Assembly: GCF_963921235.1 (NCBI RefSeq)
Contig: NC_086109.1
Span: 33,170,001 to 33,234,000 of the forward strand
Length of the DNA stretch: 64,000 nt
Source of the DNA: Mobula hypostoma
Taxonomy: Eukaryota
Reading direction: 5' to 3'
The notes under the pieces: generated by a model
The model's database searches: none
Told to the model about the DNA's origin: nothing
The model's input: only the letters and a program-made list of their open reading frames with translations
Position numbers and translations under genes: made by a program
Part shown: positions 11,594-24,841 of the stretch, piece by piece
Numbering within the stretch: the first letter of the stretch is position 1
Layout: the number at the start of each line of letters is the position of its first letter

Positions 11594-12548
11594 ACCCAAG
11601 TACGCCTCTGTAGTACCCAAGACATCTTCAAGGAGCGCACCGCTTAGGAAGGTGGCGTCTATCATTTAGGATGCTCATCAGGACATGCTTGGCTTGTGCA
11701 ACAAATAGGGCACCGTCAATGATAGGATGCCATCGTGGAGTTATTACTTTCTTGAAAAGAGCTGCTCCTAATTTATTTGCCATTTACTGTGTAATTCACA
11801 GACAACATTTTGTCACAGAATACCTATGTAAACAGCTGCACAGATAATTAATTACTGTTATTTAACAGTATTTAAATAAAATGTTATTTAATTCAACAGG
11901 GCAGGCGGCTTCAATAGACAGAAAAACAGTCGGTGCTTCCGGCCAAGATCTTTTATCAAGGTTCATTGAAACATTTTAATATGATTTCAGGATCACAAAA
12001 TCTGAAATAACTCAAAGCAAAATTAGAATTATTTTATGTGACAGGGATTTCAGAACTTATAAACCCTCACAGATAAAGAAATAGATAAAATTCTAGAACA
12101 CCCGCACCCCGCACTTCCCGTTTCCACGATCCGCAAACCCGCTTATCCAGGCCATTTGGTCTGCTCTGCTATCTCATCATGGCTGATCCATTTCCCTCTC
12201 AGCCTCAATCTCCTGCCTTCTCCCCCTATTCCTTCGTGCCCTGACTAATCAAGAATCTATCAGCTTCTTTCTGTCATAACTATACCGAATGATTTCATCC
12301 GCCATTTCATTGTCCTCCATTGCTACCGCTCCAGCATCATTTTTCAGTGGTCTGATATCTTCTCTCGCCTCTCTTTTACACTTCCTATATCTGAAGAAAC
12401 TTTTGGTATCCTCTTTCATATTACTGGCTAGCTTAACATCATATTCCATCTTTACCTTTATGATTTTTTTAGTTGCCTTCTGTTGATTTCTAAAAGCTTC
12501 CCAATTCTCTAACTTTCCACTATTATTTGCTCTATTATATGCCCTCTC

Positions 12549-13771
12549 TGTCATGGTCCCGTCCGTAAAGTCTGCATTCCAGTTCACGGTCCGGTCCATT
12601 GATCCGTAATCCAGGTTTTCCGGTTTTCCCTTGTTCTGTTGTGTGCCTTAATTGAGGTACATGATTCTCATTTTGGGCTGACTACATAAATAGCTCCTGG
12701 GTTCAGCTTCATTTATGGACTGTTCCCTTCACCTTCCTCCTGAAGCCTTGGCCTGAAGACATGCCTGCAACCTCGCCTGCGTCCTCGTCTGTATCGCTGT
12801 CAAGTTCTACCACTGGAGCAAGACTGAAGCCTTGCTGTGTCTAGATAAGGAACTGTCTATTGTTGCTTGGAACTGCCTCTGTGTCCACGCCTTCGCTAGG
12901 TAGGTCCGGCCATTTGCCACTACCTAGTGTTGGGAACCGTCTCTGTGTTCATGCCTTCGCTAGGTAGGTCCGGCTGTTTGCCGCTACCTTGTGTTGGGAA
13001 CCGTCTCTGCATCCACGCCTTCACTAGGTAGGTCTAGCTGATTGCCACTACCTTGTGTTAGGAACTGTCTCTCTGTGTTCTGTGTATGAGTCCCAGCCCT
13101 ACGTCCTGTTCTCAAGGAGGGGTCCTAGCTCTGTGTTCCATTTCCTGTCTCCCAAGACCAGGGCTCTGTGTTCTGTGTTCCTGTCTCCCAAGACCAAGTC
13201 AAGGCTTCGGGGTCTTGTCCTGTCCTTGTGCCTCACCCAGCCCGATGCTGGGGTTCCCTCATCCTGTCCAGGAGTCTCTCGTCCTGTCCAAGCCACGTCC
13301 AAGAACCTCATCCTATCCAAGTCGAGGCTTTGTGTTCTCGTCCTGTCCATGTGCCTCGTCCTGTGCAGGAGTTCCATGTCCTGTTCTGTAGCTATGTCCT
13401 GCCCTTGCCAAGATCCTCGTCCCGAGTCCTAGGCTAGACCCGGGTTCCAGTTCTGGGTTCTGAGTCAAGACGGAGGTTCCGAATCCCAACCAAGACCCAG
13501 GTTCTGGGTCCTTGTCCAGGCTCTGGTTCTAGAGTTCCATGTCCCTAGTCCAGGCTCCTTGTTCCTAGTTCCTTGTCCAGGTTCTGTGTTTCTTGTCCAT
13601 GTCCTAGCCCAGGCCCTGCATCCTAGTCTCGTCCAGGGCCTGTGTCAATGTCCAGCAACCTTTCTTCCCCACTTGCCTTGCTTTCTTGACACTCCAAGTA
13701 CTGTTCCTAGTACTTCAGTGTGTGTGTCTTGCATTTGGGTCCGCCTCCAGCGCCCCCTTCCCCATATGACA
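12549..13771 (+). mobile_element. Solo LTR (1223 bp) inserted in the CR1
   Basis: TGTCAT...ATGACA inverted termini; perfect 5-bp TSD ctctc (12544-12548 and 13772-13776); TATA-like cataaata near 12684; internal 3x64-bp repeat. Orientation is tentative. Confidence 0.85.
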
Positions 13772-15779
13772 CTCTCTTTGGCTCTTATGTTGGCTTTGAC
13801 TTCTCTTGTCAGCCATGGTTGTGTCATCCCACCTTTAGAATACTTCTTTTTTGGGATGTATCTATCCTGCACCTTCCAAATTACTCCCAGAATCTCCAGC
13901 CATTGCTGCTCTGTCATCATCTCTGTTAGTGTTCCCTTCCAATCAATTTTGACCAGTTCCTCTCTGATACCTCTGTAATCCCTTTTCTCCACTGTAATAC
14001 TGTTATATCTGGTTTTAGCCTCCTACTCCCAAATTACATGAATCAGAATCAGGGTTAATATCACTGGCATATGTCATGAAATGTGTTGTTTTGTGGCAGT
14101 AGTGCACAATAATAAACACTCTGAATTGCAGTCAGTAATTCACTATCCATTCAGAAATTTGATGGTAGAGGGGAAGAAGCTGTTCCTGAATTGTTAAGTG
14201 TGTACCTTCAGGCTTCTATCATATTATCATCATTATTCCCTCAGAGTTCCTTTACCTTAAGCTTTCTAATCAATTCCAGCTCATTGCACAACCCACAATC
14301 CAGAATTGCTGATCCCCTAGTGGGGTCAACCACGAGATGCTCTAAAAAGGCAACTCTTAGGCATTCTACAAATTCCCCCTTTGGGATTCAGCACCAACCT
14401 GATTTTTTTCCAATCTACCTGCGTATTGAAATCCCCCATGACTATCATAACATCCCCTTTTGACATGCATTTTCTATCTCCCATTACAATTTGTCAACCA
14501 CATCTCTGGACATCTGACTATAACTCCCATCAAGGTCTTTTTATCCTTGCTGTTTCTTGGCTCTATCCACAACAGTTCAACACCTTCTGATCCTATGCCA
14601 CCTCTTTCAAATGATTTGAGCACATTTTTTATTAACAGCGCACCTCCTACACCCTCTGGTACCTGCCTGTCCTTTCGATACAATGTGTACCCTTGGACAT
14701 TAAGCTCTCAGCTATAATCTTCTCTCAGCCATGATTCAATGATGCCCACAATGTCATACATGCCAATCTGTAACTGCACTACAAGTTCATCTGCCTTATT
14801 CTGTGTGTTGCGTGCATTCAAATATAATGCCTTCAGTCCTGTATTCATCACCCAATTTTGTTCCCCGTTTACATTGGAACTCATCCTGTTGACTGCAATT
14901 TTGCCTTATCATCAGTGCTTCTTGCTTGCAGTCCTACTACATACTGCCTCTGTTTGTAAACCAAATACCCCAACCTCTGCCCTATCACTCAGGTTCCCAT
15001 TCCCCTGCCAAATTAGTTTACCCTCCCCCCCAAAACAGCTCTAGCAAACCTACCCATAAGGATATTGGTCCCCCTCAGGTTCAGGTGTAATCCCTCCCTT
15101 TTGTACAGGTCATATCTTCCTCTGAAGAGATCCCAATGCTTCAAAAAGCTGAAGCCCTGGCTCCTGCTCCAGTTCCTCAGCCACGCATTCACCAGCCAAT
15201 TCCTCCTATTCTTACCCTCACTGGCACTTGGGCACAGGCGAAATCTGGAGATCACTACCTTGGAGGCCCTTCTTTTCAGCTTTCTGCCTAGTTCCCTCAA
15301 ACTTCACTTCAGTACCTCCCATGTCATTGATACCAATATGTACCAAGATTTCTGGCTGATCACCCTTCCCCATTAGAATGCCTTGAACCCGATCTGAGAC
15401 ATCCCTGACTCTGGCACCTGGCAGGCAACATGCCACCCAGGCATCTCATTGCGTCCACAGAATCTCATCGCTATTCCTCTAACTATGGAATCTCCTATCA
15501 CAACAGCATTCCTCTTCACCTCTCCTTCTCTTCAAATCATGGCATTAGAGTCAGTGCCAGAGACCCATTTGCTGTGCCTCTCCCAGTTGGCCGTCCCCTC
15601 ATTAGTAACCAAAGAGGAATATTTATTATTCAGGGGAACGGCCACAGGGGTACTTCACACTGGCTGCCCATTTACTTCCTCCCCCTGACAGTCACCCAGT
15701 TAACTGCCTCCTGCCACCTAGGAGTGACTACTTCCATGTAACTCCTATCTATCACTTCCTCACAAGACAGACAACTAGA

Positions 15780-17255
15780 GGATAGCCAATGTCATTCCAA
15801 TGTTTTAAAAAACGCTCTAAACAGAAACCAGGGAATTATAAGCTTGTGAATCTGGGAAAGTTATTGGAAGGTATTCTAAGGGACTGGGTATATAAATATT
15901 TGGATAGACATGGACTGATTCAGGATAGTCAGCATGGCTTCATTCGTGGTTGGTCATGTCTAACTAATCTTATAGAGTTTTTTGAGGAAGTTACCAGGAA
16001 AGTGGATGAAGGCAAGGCAGTGGATGTTGTCTACAAGGACTTTAGTGAGGCACTTGACAGGGTCCAGCATGGGAGGCTGGTCAAGAAAGTTCAGTTGCTC
16101 GACATTCAGGATGAGGTAGTAAATTGGATTAGACATTGGCTTTGTGGGAGAAGGCAGAGACTGGTAGTAGAGGGTTGCCTCTCTGACTGGAGGCCTGTGA
16201 CTAGTAATGTGCCACAGGGATCAGTTCTGGGTCCTTTGTTGTGTGTCTTCTATATCAATGATCTGGATGATAATGTGCTGAACTGGATCAGCAAATTTGT
16301 GGAAGACACCAAGACTGGTGGTGTAGTGGACAGTGAGGAAGGCTATCATGGCTTACAGAGGGATCTGCATTGGCTGAAAAATGTCAGATGGAATTTAATG
16401 CAGACAAGCGCGAGGTTTTGCCCTTCAGAAGGACCAACCGAGGTAGGTCTGACACAGTGAACAGTAGGGCACTGAGAAGTGTTGTAGAACAAAGGGATCT
16501 GGGAACACAAGTACATAATTCATTACAAGTAGCGTCACAGGTAGATAGGGTCGTAAAGAAAGTTTTTGGCACATTGACCTTCGTAGGTCAATCTATCTAC
16601 AGGCGATGGGATGTTATGTTGAAGTTGTAAAAGATGTTTTATATAGGCATCCGTTAGTCTCGTGAGACCATGGATTTGCACGTTGGAAGGTTTACAAGAT
16701 GTTAGTGAGGCCTAATTTGGAGTATAGTGTGCAGTTTTGGACATCTACTTACAGGAAAGATGTAAACAAGGTTGAAAGAGTGCAGAGAAAATTTACAAAG
16801 ATGTTTCCAGGTCTGAAGGACCTGAGTTATAAGAAAAGATTGAAAAGGTTAGGACTGTATTTAGAACATAGAAGATTGAGAGGAGATTTAAAAGAGGTAT
16901 ACAAAATTATGAGACATATAGATAGGGATAATGCAAGCAGGCTTCTTTCACTGAGGTTGGGTAGGACTACAACCAGAGATCATGGTCTAAGAGTGAAAGG
17001 TGAGAACTTTAAGAGGAACATGAGGGGAAACCTATTCACTCAGAGGGTTGTGAAAATGTGGGATGAGCTGCCAGCACAAGTGGTGCATGCAAGCTTGATT
17101 TCAACATTTAAGATTATTTTGGATAGGTACATGGATAGCAGGGAAATGGAGAGCTATGGCCCTGGTGCAGGTCAATGGGAGTAGGCAGTTTAAAAGGTTT
17201 TGGTATGGACTAAATGGGCTGAAGGGCCACTTTCTGTGTTGTACTTCGCTATGAC
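15780..17255 (+). mobile_element. CR1 LINE 3' part (RT domain and 3' UTR), frameshifted
   Basis: QHGFIRGWSCLTNLIEFFEEVT, VPQGSVLGPLL, YINDLD, KFVEDTK; inserted in the opposite-strand CR1. Confidence 0.92.
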
Positions 17256-17983
17256 TCTTGACCAGGTCTCCTGTATGAACCTAAGCTCATCAAACTGCAG
17301 CTCCAGTCCCTTAACACATTTTCTGAGGAGCTGCAGCTTGGTGCACATGGTGCAGATGTGGTTATCTGAGAGGCTGGAGAGCTCACAGAGTTCCCACATC
17401 TCGCACACAGAACAAAACACTGCCCCTAGAATCATTCTCACTGTACTACCTGTGCCCTGACTGATGAGGAATGAAGAATAAAGATGAAGAAGAAGCTTAC
17501 CAGATACTTGTCTCACTCAAGCCTGATCTCGCCGAAGCCTGCTGAGACAAAGCCACTCCAACACCGCCGGCCCACTCACACAATGGCCACTCCGCTTGCC
17601 CCTGCCTTATTTGTATTTGCCCTTTCTAATGAAACCCATTCACTGTTTAGGCGCAACCCAACTCTGAAAACTTCCACAATGCGCTGCCTTTTTTAATCTT
17701 CAGTCACGAACCTAAGTGAAATCGTCTCTTTTATTCATGCTCCTATAATCTACATGTTTTATTGAGTAGTTTTAATTTAATATATGGTTTTGATGAAGTT
17801 ATTGTTTTAAATGATTTTGCAATACAAGGTTACTGGCTGAAAACATTTGCTTTGGTATTTTCCTAGATCTATTAGGAGTAGAATGTATCAGAAGTGGGAA
17901 AGACTAGTAGGGCCAGGAGGGAAGTTCAACAATCTTTTGCAGTTGCTAATTCAGCCACTTTACCTGCTTCTTTCTTTTAACGT

Positions 17984-20695
17984 TTGATTTTGGACAACAA
18001 GAACCTTTCTGTTAATGTCAGCAAAATGAAGGTCCTGATCGTTGACTCCAGGAAGAGGAATGGACTATATCCCACTGTCTGTATTAGTGATGCTGATGTT
18101 GAAATTGTTCAGAGCTTCACATTCCAAAGCCCGAATATCACCAACAATTTGTCCTGGATCAGCCACGTGGATGCTAAGGCGGAGAAAGCACACCAACACT
18201 TCTACTTCCTCAGAATGCTATGAAAATTCAGCATGTCCCAATAACGTTCTGTGGGCCGCAGAAAATTGTTCTAGATTTCCGCTTAAATATTCTTCTTTTG
18301 AACTACTTCTGCTGCGATCTGCGGCATGTAGATTTCCTCTTAACAATGGGCTTCAATGATCTTCGAGTCTCACAATCAACTAAACCACTTGGACCTGGAC
18401 CAGTCGATAGGGTGGAAAGCGTGGGAGGAGAGGGTGAATCCAAAGCAGGCTGAAATGCAGAGGGATATGGCCTCCTCTACCCAGCATCTTGCTGGTGAAT
18501 GTGCAGTCACTGGAGAATAAAACTGATGACCTGAGGGCCAGACTGCTATATCAGAGGCAGATGAGAGAGATCTCAATTGCTTGCCACGTTGAAGCTTGGT
18601 TATGTGCGGATATGTTGGGCACAGCAGTCAGACCAGAAAGATTTGATTTTTGGAATGGACCAAACTGCATACTCTGGTAAGACAAAGGGAGGTGGTATGT
18701 GCTTTATGGTCAATTCTTGTTCGTGCCCCAACATAGTAGTATGTCAAACTTGTGTTCCCCTCACTTGGAACACCTATCAATCAAATACAGACCATTCTAT
18801 TTGCCTTGGGAGTTATCATCCATGATTCTCACAGCAGCTTCCATACCACCAGTTGGCAACCATAAGCAAGAACTCGTGACACTGCACGATGTTGTCTGTC
18901 AACAAGAAACAGCCCATCACAATGCATTTCAAATTACAGTCGGAGCCTTCAAGTCTGGAGATCAAGAATGCCACAAGAGGTGCAGGTATGATCTCCGGAA
19001 AGCCATCTCATGGGTGAAGCGGAGATTTAGGACCAAACTGGAATCAACAAAGGGTACTCGACAGCTGTGGCAGGGTTTGAAAGCTATAACCTCCTACAAA
19101 GTTAAATGCAAGTGACAAAGGGGACAGTGGAGCTTTGCTTCCAGATGAGCTCAATGCCTTCATTGCTCACTTTGACTGTCAGAAGATGGAGAAACCATCA
19201 CACGGCCCTACATCCTATGATCTCAGTACCTGAAGCTGACGCACGAGCTGCCTTCGGGAGGATGAATCCAAGGAAAGCATCTGGACTGGATGTGGTACCT
19301 GGCCATGTATTAAAAGCCATCTGGCTGGTGTGTTCACTGATATCTTTAATCACTCGCTTTGGCAATATGTGGTACCCAACTGCTTCAAGCAAGCTTCAAT
19401 GATATTGATGCCCAAGAAGAGTGTGGTGACCTGGTGACCTGCCTCAATGACTATCACCCAGTTGCACTCACATCCACAGTAATGAAGTGCTCTGAGAGGC
19501 TGGTGATGAAACATATTAGCTCCTGTATGAGGGGTGACTTGGTTCCACTCCAATTTGCCTACCTGAGCAACAGGTCCACAGCAGATGCCATCTCACTGGC
19601 TCTTCACTCAACCCTGGAATATCTGCACAGCAAAGCTGCACACATCAGAACCCGCTTTATTGATCACAGCTCAGCATTTAATACCATTACAGTATCCCCT
19701 CATTAAGCTCGAAGACCTTGGCCTCAGTACCTCCTGGTGCAACTGGATTCTGGGTTTACTCACTTGTAGACCCCAGTTAGTTCAGATTGGCAAAAACATC
19801 TCCTCCATGATATTCATCAGCACAGTGCCCTGCTCTACTTGCTTTACACCTGTGACTGTGTGCTACACACAGCTCCAAAACCAAATACAAGTTTGCTGAT
19901 GTCACCACTGGTATGGGCCATATCAGAGGTGGTGATAAATCAGCATTCAGGAGTGAGATTGAAAATTTGGCTGAAGGGAATTTGAAAATTCCTTGGCATT
20001 ACTATTTCAGAGGACCTGTCCTGGGCCCAGATCGTAAATACAATTGTGAAGAAAGGACAGCAGCACCTCTACTTCCTTAGGAGTCTGCAGAGATTTGGCA
20101 TGCCATCAAAAACTTCTACGGATATGTAGCGGAGAGTGTATTGACTGGCCGCAGCCCTGCCTGGTATGAAAATGCCAATGCCTTTGAATGTAAAATCCTA
20201 CAAAAGGTAGTGGATTCAGCCTAGTACATCAAAGGTAAGGGCCTCCCATGAAATGATGTCGTAGGAAAGCAGCATCCATCATCAGAGATCCTCACCACCC
20301 ACGTCAAGCTCTTTTCTTGCTGCTGCCATCAGGTATACGGTACAGGAGACTCAGGACTCACACCACCAGGTTCAAGAATAGTTACTGCCCCTCAACCATC
20401 AAGGTCTTGAACAAAAGGGGATAACTACAATCACTTGCCCATCCATTGAGATGTTCCCACAGACAATGATCTCACTTTAAGAACCCTTTATCTTGTTATT
20501 TTATGTTCTTGTTATTTATTGCTATTTATTTATATTTCCATTTGTACAGTTTGGTATCTTCTCATTTATCTTTCATTAATCCTGTTATTGTTACTATTCT
20601 GTAGATTTGCTGAGTATGCCCACAGAAAACTGAATCTCAGGTTTGTATATGGTGACCTATGTGTACTCTGATAATAAAATTTACTTTGAACTTTG
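17984..20695 (+). mobile_element. Rex1/Babar-type LINE, internally deleted and degenerate, preceded by a short second fragment
   Basis: [61 protein letters not shown]; tail actttgaactttga. Confidence 0.85.
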
Positions 20696-21849
20696 ACTCT
20701 TACCAAATTTTATTGATGCCCAATTATTGATCTGAATATATCACAGGTTGATGTGGCAATTGCTCTGCCCAAGACCAGAAGTAATTGCAAAGAGTTATAA
20801 ATGCAGCCCAGTCTAGCATACAAACCAATCTCCGTCCATTGACTCTGTCTACATGTCCCACTGCCTTGGAAAAATAGCTAAAGTGATCATGGACTCTTTC
20901 ACCCAGGTCCTTCTTTCTTCTCCCTTCTTCTGATGGACAGCAAATTAAAAAAAAGCTTGAGAGCATGCAGCACCAGAGTGAAAGATGGCTTCTATTCCAT
21001 TTTTATCAGACTCTTCAGCACATATCTTATAGAGCCAGAGTCATACAGCACAGAAACAGACCCTTCGACCCAAATGGCCATTGCTGAAGAAGATTTGCAT
21101 TTGAGCCAGTCCCATTTGCCTGTGTTTGGGGCATATTTCTCTAAACCTTTCTTATTCATATATCTGTCAGTATCCTTTTAAAGTTGTTTATGTACCTTAC
21201 TCAACCACTTCCATCAGCAATTCTTTCCATTATAGTGACCATTCTCTGGGTGAAAAAAATTTGCCTCTCAGATTCCTATTAAATATTTCCCTCTCACCTC
21301 AAACCTATGCCGTTTAGTTCTTGATTCTCCCACCCTAGGAAAACGACTCTGCACATTCACGCTATTTATTCCCCTTCATAATTTTCTATATTTCTATATG
21401 CAATAGTAATGCAATATTCTCCTATGCAATAGTAAAAAAATGCCCAAACTTTTCAACCTCTCTCCATCACTCAGTCCTTTGGGTCTCAGCAACATCCTGC
21501 TTAAAGGCATTATATGTACAGAAGGATGAACATTTTAAATGTGGCCACTGTAATGTCATGTACAACTGCAACGTAACATCCCAACTTCTCTTCTCAATAT
21601 CCTGACTGAAGAAGGCCAGTGTAGTAACTTCTACTTTGAAAAAGGCAAACTCGACAACTTCATGCCACAGAAAACAACTTTATCTCGAACGTCAAAACTG
21701 TTATGTACATACAGAGGCTTTCACAACCCGTACGGCATGGCGGGCACACTATATACAAAGCACACCGGAAGAGGAAAGAACAGAAGTAGGATCCCCCATT
21801 ATCCTAATTAGTATTAACCATCAGTATTAACTGATTAGTATTAACCAAA

Positions 21850-22238
21850 GAACTGTCAGGGCTGTGGAAAGGATTATTGGTGTGAAGCTGCCCTCGATCC
21901 AGGACTTATATGCATCTAGAGTCAGGAAGCAAGCAAGCAGCATCATTGTAGACCCATCACATCCTGGACATCATCTGTTCCAACTCCTTCCTTCTGGTAG
22001 GAGCTTTAGATCACTGTATGCCAGGACAAATAGGTACAAGAACAGTTTCTTTCCATATGCCATCATGAACACTTGAATTTTAGTCTATTATAAATCAAGT
22101 CCACCTGTACGTACACAGGTATACCTCATTGTATATAGTTCATGATTATTTGCACTATTGTTTTGTTTGCTTTTTGATTCTGTACAGCGAGAGCTCAGGG
22201 AAACTTTGGTGATAATAAAGAATTCTGATTCTGATTCT
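21850..22238 (+). mobile_element. Rex/L2-type LINE 3' end
   Basis: DPSHPGHHLFQLLPSGR...NSFFPYAI followed by an (attctg)n tail. Confidence 0.8.
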
Positions 22239-22657
22239 TACTTTTAATAATGCTCATGTTACAACAGCCAGCATGCCAGAATCTGTTTTCACCATATTAT
22301 CTACCTGTGATGCCCTTTCAGGGAACTATATTTTTGTACACCCAGGTCTTTCTGTTCGACAGCACTCCTACCGTTCATTGTGAAAGTCCTACCCACATTT
22401 GTATTCTCAAAATGCTTTTATCCAAATTAAATTCCATTTGTCATATGCTGGCCCACTTACCCAGCTGATCAAGATCCTTCTGCTAACCATCCCACTGACA
22501 GAAGCTATTTTGGTGTTGTCTGCAAACGTACAAGCCATACCTTACACATTCTCATCCAAATCATTAAAGGAGATGACAAATATCAATGGGTCAGCACCAA
22601 ACCCTAGGGAACAACACTAAACTTGGGCCTCTGGTCTGAAGCACAACCTTCCATCAT

Positions 22658-22740
22658 GCTGCTTATCCTGTCAAGTTCCTCCAGCATTTTGTGTATGTTG
22701 CTTTGGATTTCCAGCATCTGCAAATTTTCTCATGTTTGTG
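22658..22740 (+). mobile_element. 5'-truncated copy of the hammerhead-bearing short element
   Basis: Same 3' body as 38063-38223; 13-bp flanking direct repeat aaccttccatcat (22645-22657) / aaccttccaccat (22741-22753). Confidence 0.75.
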
Positions 22741-23476
22741 AACCTTCCACCATTATCCGACGCTTCCTACGATCAAGTTGATTCTGTATCAGGTTGCTGT
22801 CTTCCCAGATCCCACCGCAATCTAACTTTTCATAGCCGAACTTACCAAAGACCTTAGTGAAGTCCATATTGGCCATATCTACCACCCTGCCCTCATCAAT
22901 CTTCACAGTAACTACTTCAAAGAATTAATCAGATTGGTGGGAGATGATCTCCATGCATAACACATGATCTCTGATGCACAAATATGATCTTCTAAGATGC
23001 AATGTTCCATTTACATGCTAAAAAATGAACTCCTGATATCCTAATGCATTTAGTTGTGATTCTTACTTTTTTTTTATCTACTTCCAATGCACTTTCTCTG
23101 TAACTGTGACACTAGATCTTGCATTCTGTTCTCTTCTTACTTCCTTGATGTAATTATGTGTGGAATGATCTAACTTGATATGAAAATAAAAGCTTTTCAC
23201 TTCGTACATGTGACAAGGATAGACCAATATGAATACCAATTTATCGCAGCATTTGTTGTATAAAATCCACTAATCAATAGGCGTATACAAAGATTTTTTT
23301 TTACAGAGTGGCATCAACTTCTCTTTAAAGTAAAGGGAACAATATAACACTCAGGTTGCAGGGGTCTCATTCATAGATACAGTTTTGGAAGTGCAACATA
23401 TTCGCTGATAACTGAAACTGTTGAGTTTCAAATTTACAGAAATGATGAAACAACACCGTAACCTGTGATGCTTGTA

Positions 23477-23482
23477 TTTATT
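23477..23482 (-). terminator. Candidate RH2 polyadenylation signal
   Basis: Minus-strand AATAAA about 1.23 kb past the stop codon, near the end of an AU-rich, largely non-repeat stretch. Confidence 0.35.
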
Positions 23483-24712
23483 TCTAAAACCAGTTGACTT
23501 TACAAACATTTTTCACAATATATATGCTGTTTTATATATAAAAATATACAGTGATGGTGTCATGTTTTAATCATTTTCTGCATAAATGATTAAAAATGCA
23601 AACAGGAATCGATTCGTCCAGTAAATCAGAAATAGTCTATCACTGACTGGTAATAGGAAGTGCCATGTACAGTGAAAATCCACATTATGGACACTTTCCT
23701 AACTAGAAAGCTTGTTCTATTGTTAAATGTTCTTTTCCAACAATATATTTTATGTACATTGTACATCTGTGTTCTAACATACATTATGTTCCTGTTGATA
23801 CTGGAAACTGGAATATTGTTCTCCTTCATTGTAAAAATATTAAGAGAAAAATCAATCGTTTCAACTGAATTTCATTTATATTAAATGGGCTATGATATTA
23901 AACCTTTGGGAGTCATTGTCTTATGAGAATTTCATCATTATTGATCGAAATTAATGAATTTCAGCATTATTTCATCATTAGTCATCATAAAACTTCTTCA
24001 TAAAATGTAAAATTAAGGGATAAGATTGACCCAAGGTAATTTTTGTTTGTAGGTATTCTCCAGACTAGTTAATACTATAAAGTCTGAAGTTATTGATAGA
24101 TTTTGTTTTAAGTGGCATCAGGGGGCATTAATGATCAATCACATAGTATAGAACCAGATGCTGATAAACAAGATTGTGTCGAGATGGCAAGTCTGACTTC
24201 CTAGAAAATGTTAGGGAGCCAGATGTGTTTTAACTGACAATCAATTAGCTTTCTTGGTCAGTTTGCTAGTTGCCAGTTTAATTTAATATACTTTCACATC
24301 CTGCTAATGTTAGATCTAACTGATTGTTGAATTACTATGCCAATTACTATCCCCATAATCACGAATGATTACTGTTCCCTGCAGCCGCGCAGTGACTGAA
24401 ATGCTCCTGTGCACATAGCCTTTGTTGCCGTGCTGCTGGAATTTTCTTTTGTATAATGTTAATGTAAAGAGCCATGCAGTTTTCAGCCCATGGAAAGATT
24501 TCCTGCTCAGAGCAATGGCTGGCCTGTGCAGCTGTTTAGAAAAAGAGGGAACATTGTTCTTTATGGTTCTGGTTAAAATACTGTGAATTAATAAAATTCA
24601 CTTACTGCTTCAGCTTGTTCGAAAAGTTGAAGGAAAACAGAGGAAGATGCCAAGTTGTTTTTGCATACAAGTACAGACAGTTGTTTGAAAATTAACATGA
24701 TAAATTTTGTCT

Positions 24713-24841
24713 CTATGCTGGGTTAACCTGATTTGATGACACTGAAGAAACCTCTGTCTTGCTTTGAGAAGACACTGTAGAGTCATCGTCTCCCAATGGA
24801 TTTTTTCCACAGCACAGGGTGGTGAGCATACAACTCCGGAA
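24713..24841 (-). CDS. RH2: RH2 exon 5 coding part, 129 nt including stop
   Basis: tttctAG|TTC acceptor; [42 protein letters not shown] with the palmitoylation CC pair and a VxPx terminus. This exon is not in the ORF track and was read by hand. Confidence 0.96.
   Translation of the reverse strand, partial: FRSCMLTTLCCGKNPLGDDDSTVSSQSKTEVSSVSSNQVNPA

Larger units (their letters stand above)
12285..17690 (-). mobile_element. CR1-type LINE 5' half (ORF1 zinc finger and SGNH esterase; ORF2 APE endonuclease), degenerate and interrupted by three insertions
   Basis: CSVCEMWE...ICTMCTKLQLL (17190-17516); CCLPGARVRDV...LVHIGIND and REGLHLN esterase motifs (15013-15436); RKDRQ...GGGALLIK (14474-14683); PWLTREVKANIRAKE|RAYN split by the solo LTR. 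Confidence 0.85.

Noticed and set aside
13055-13437. Cys/Pro/Ser-rich ORFs
   Set aside because: They arise from low-complexity repeats inside the solo LTR.
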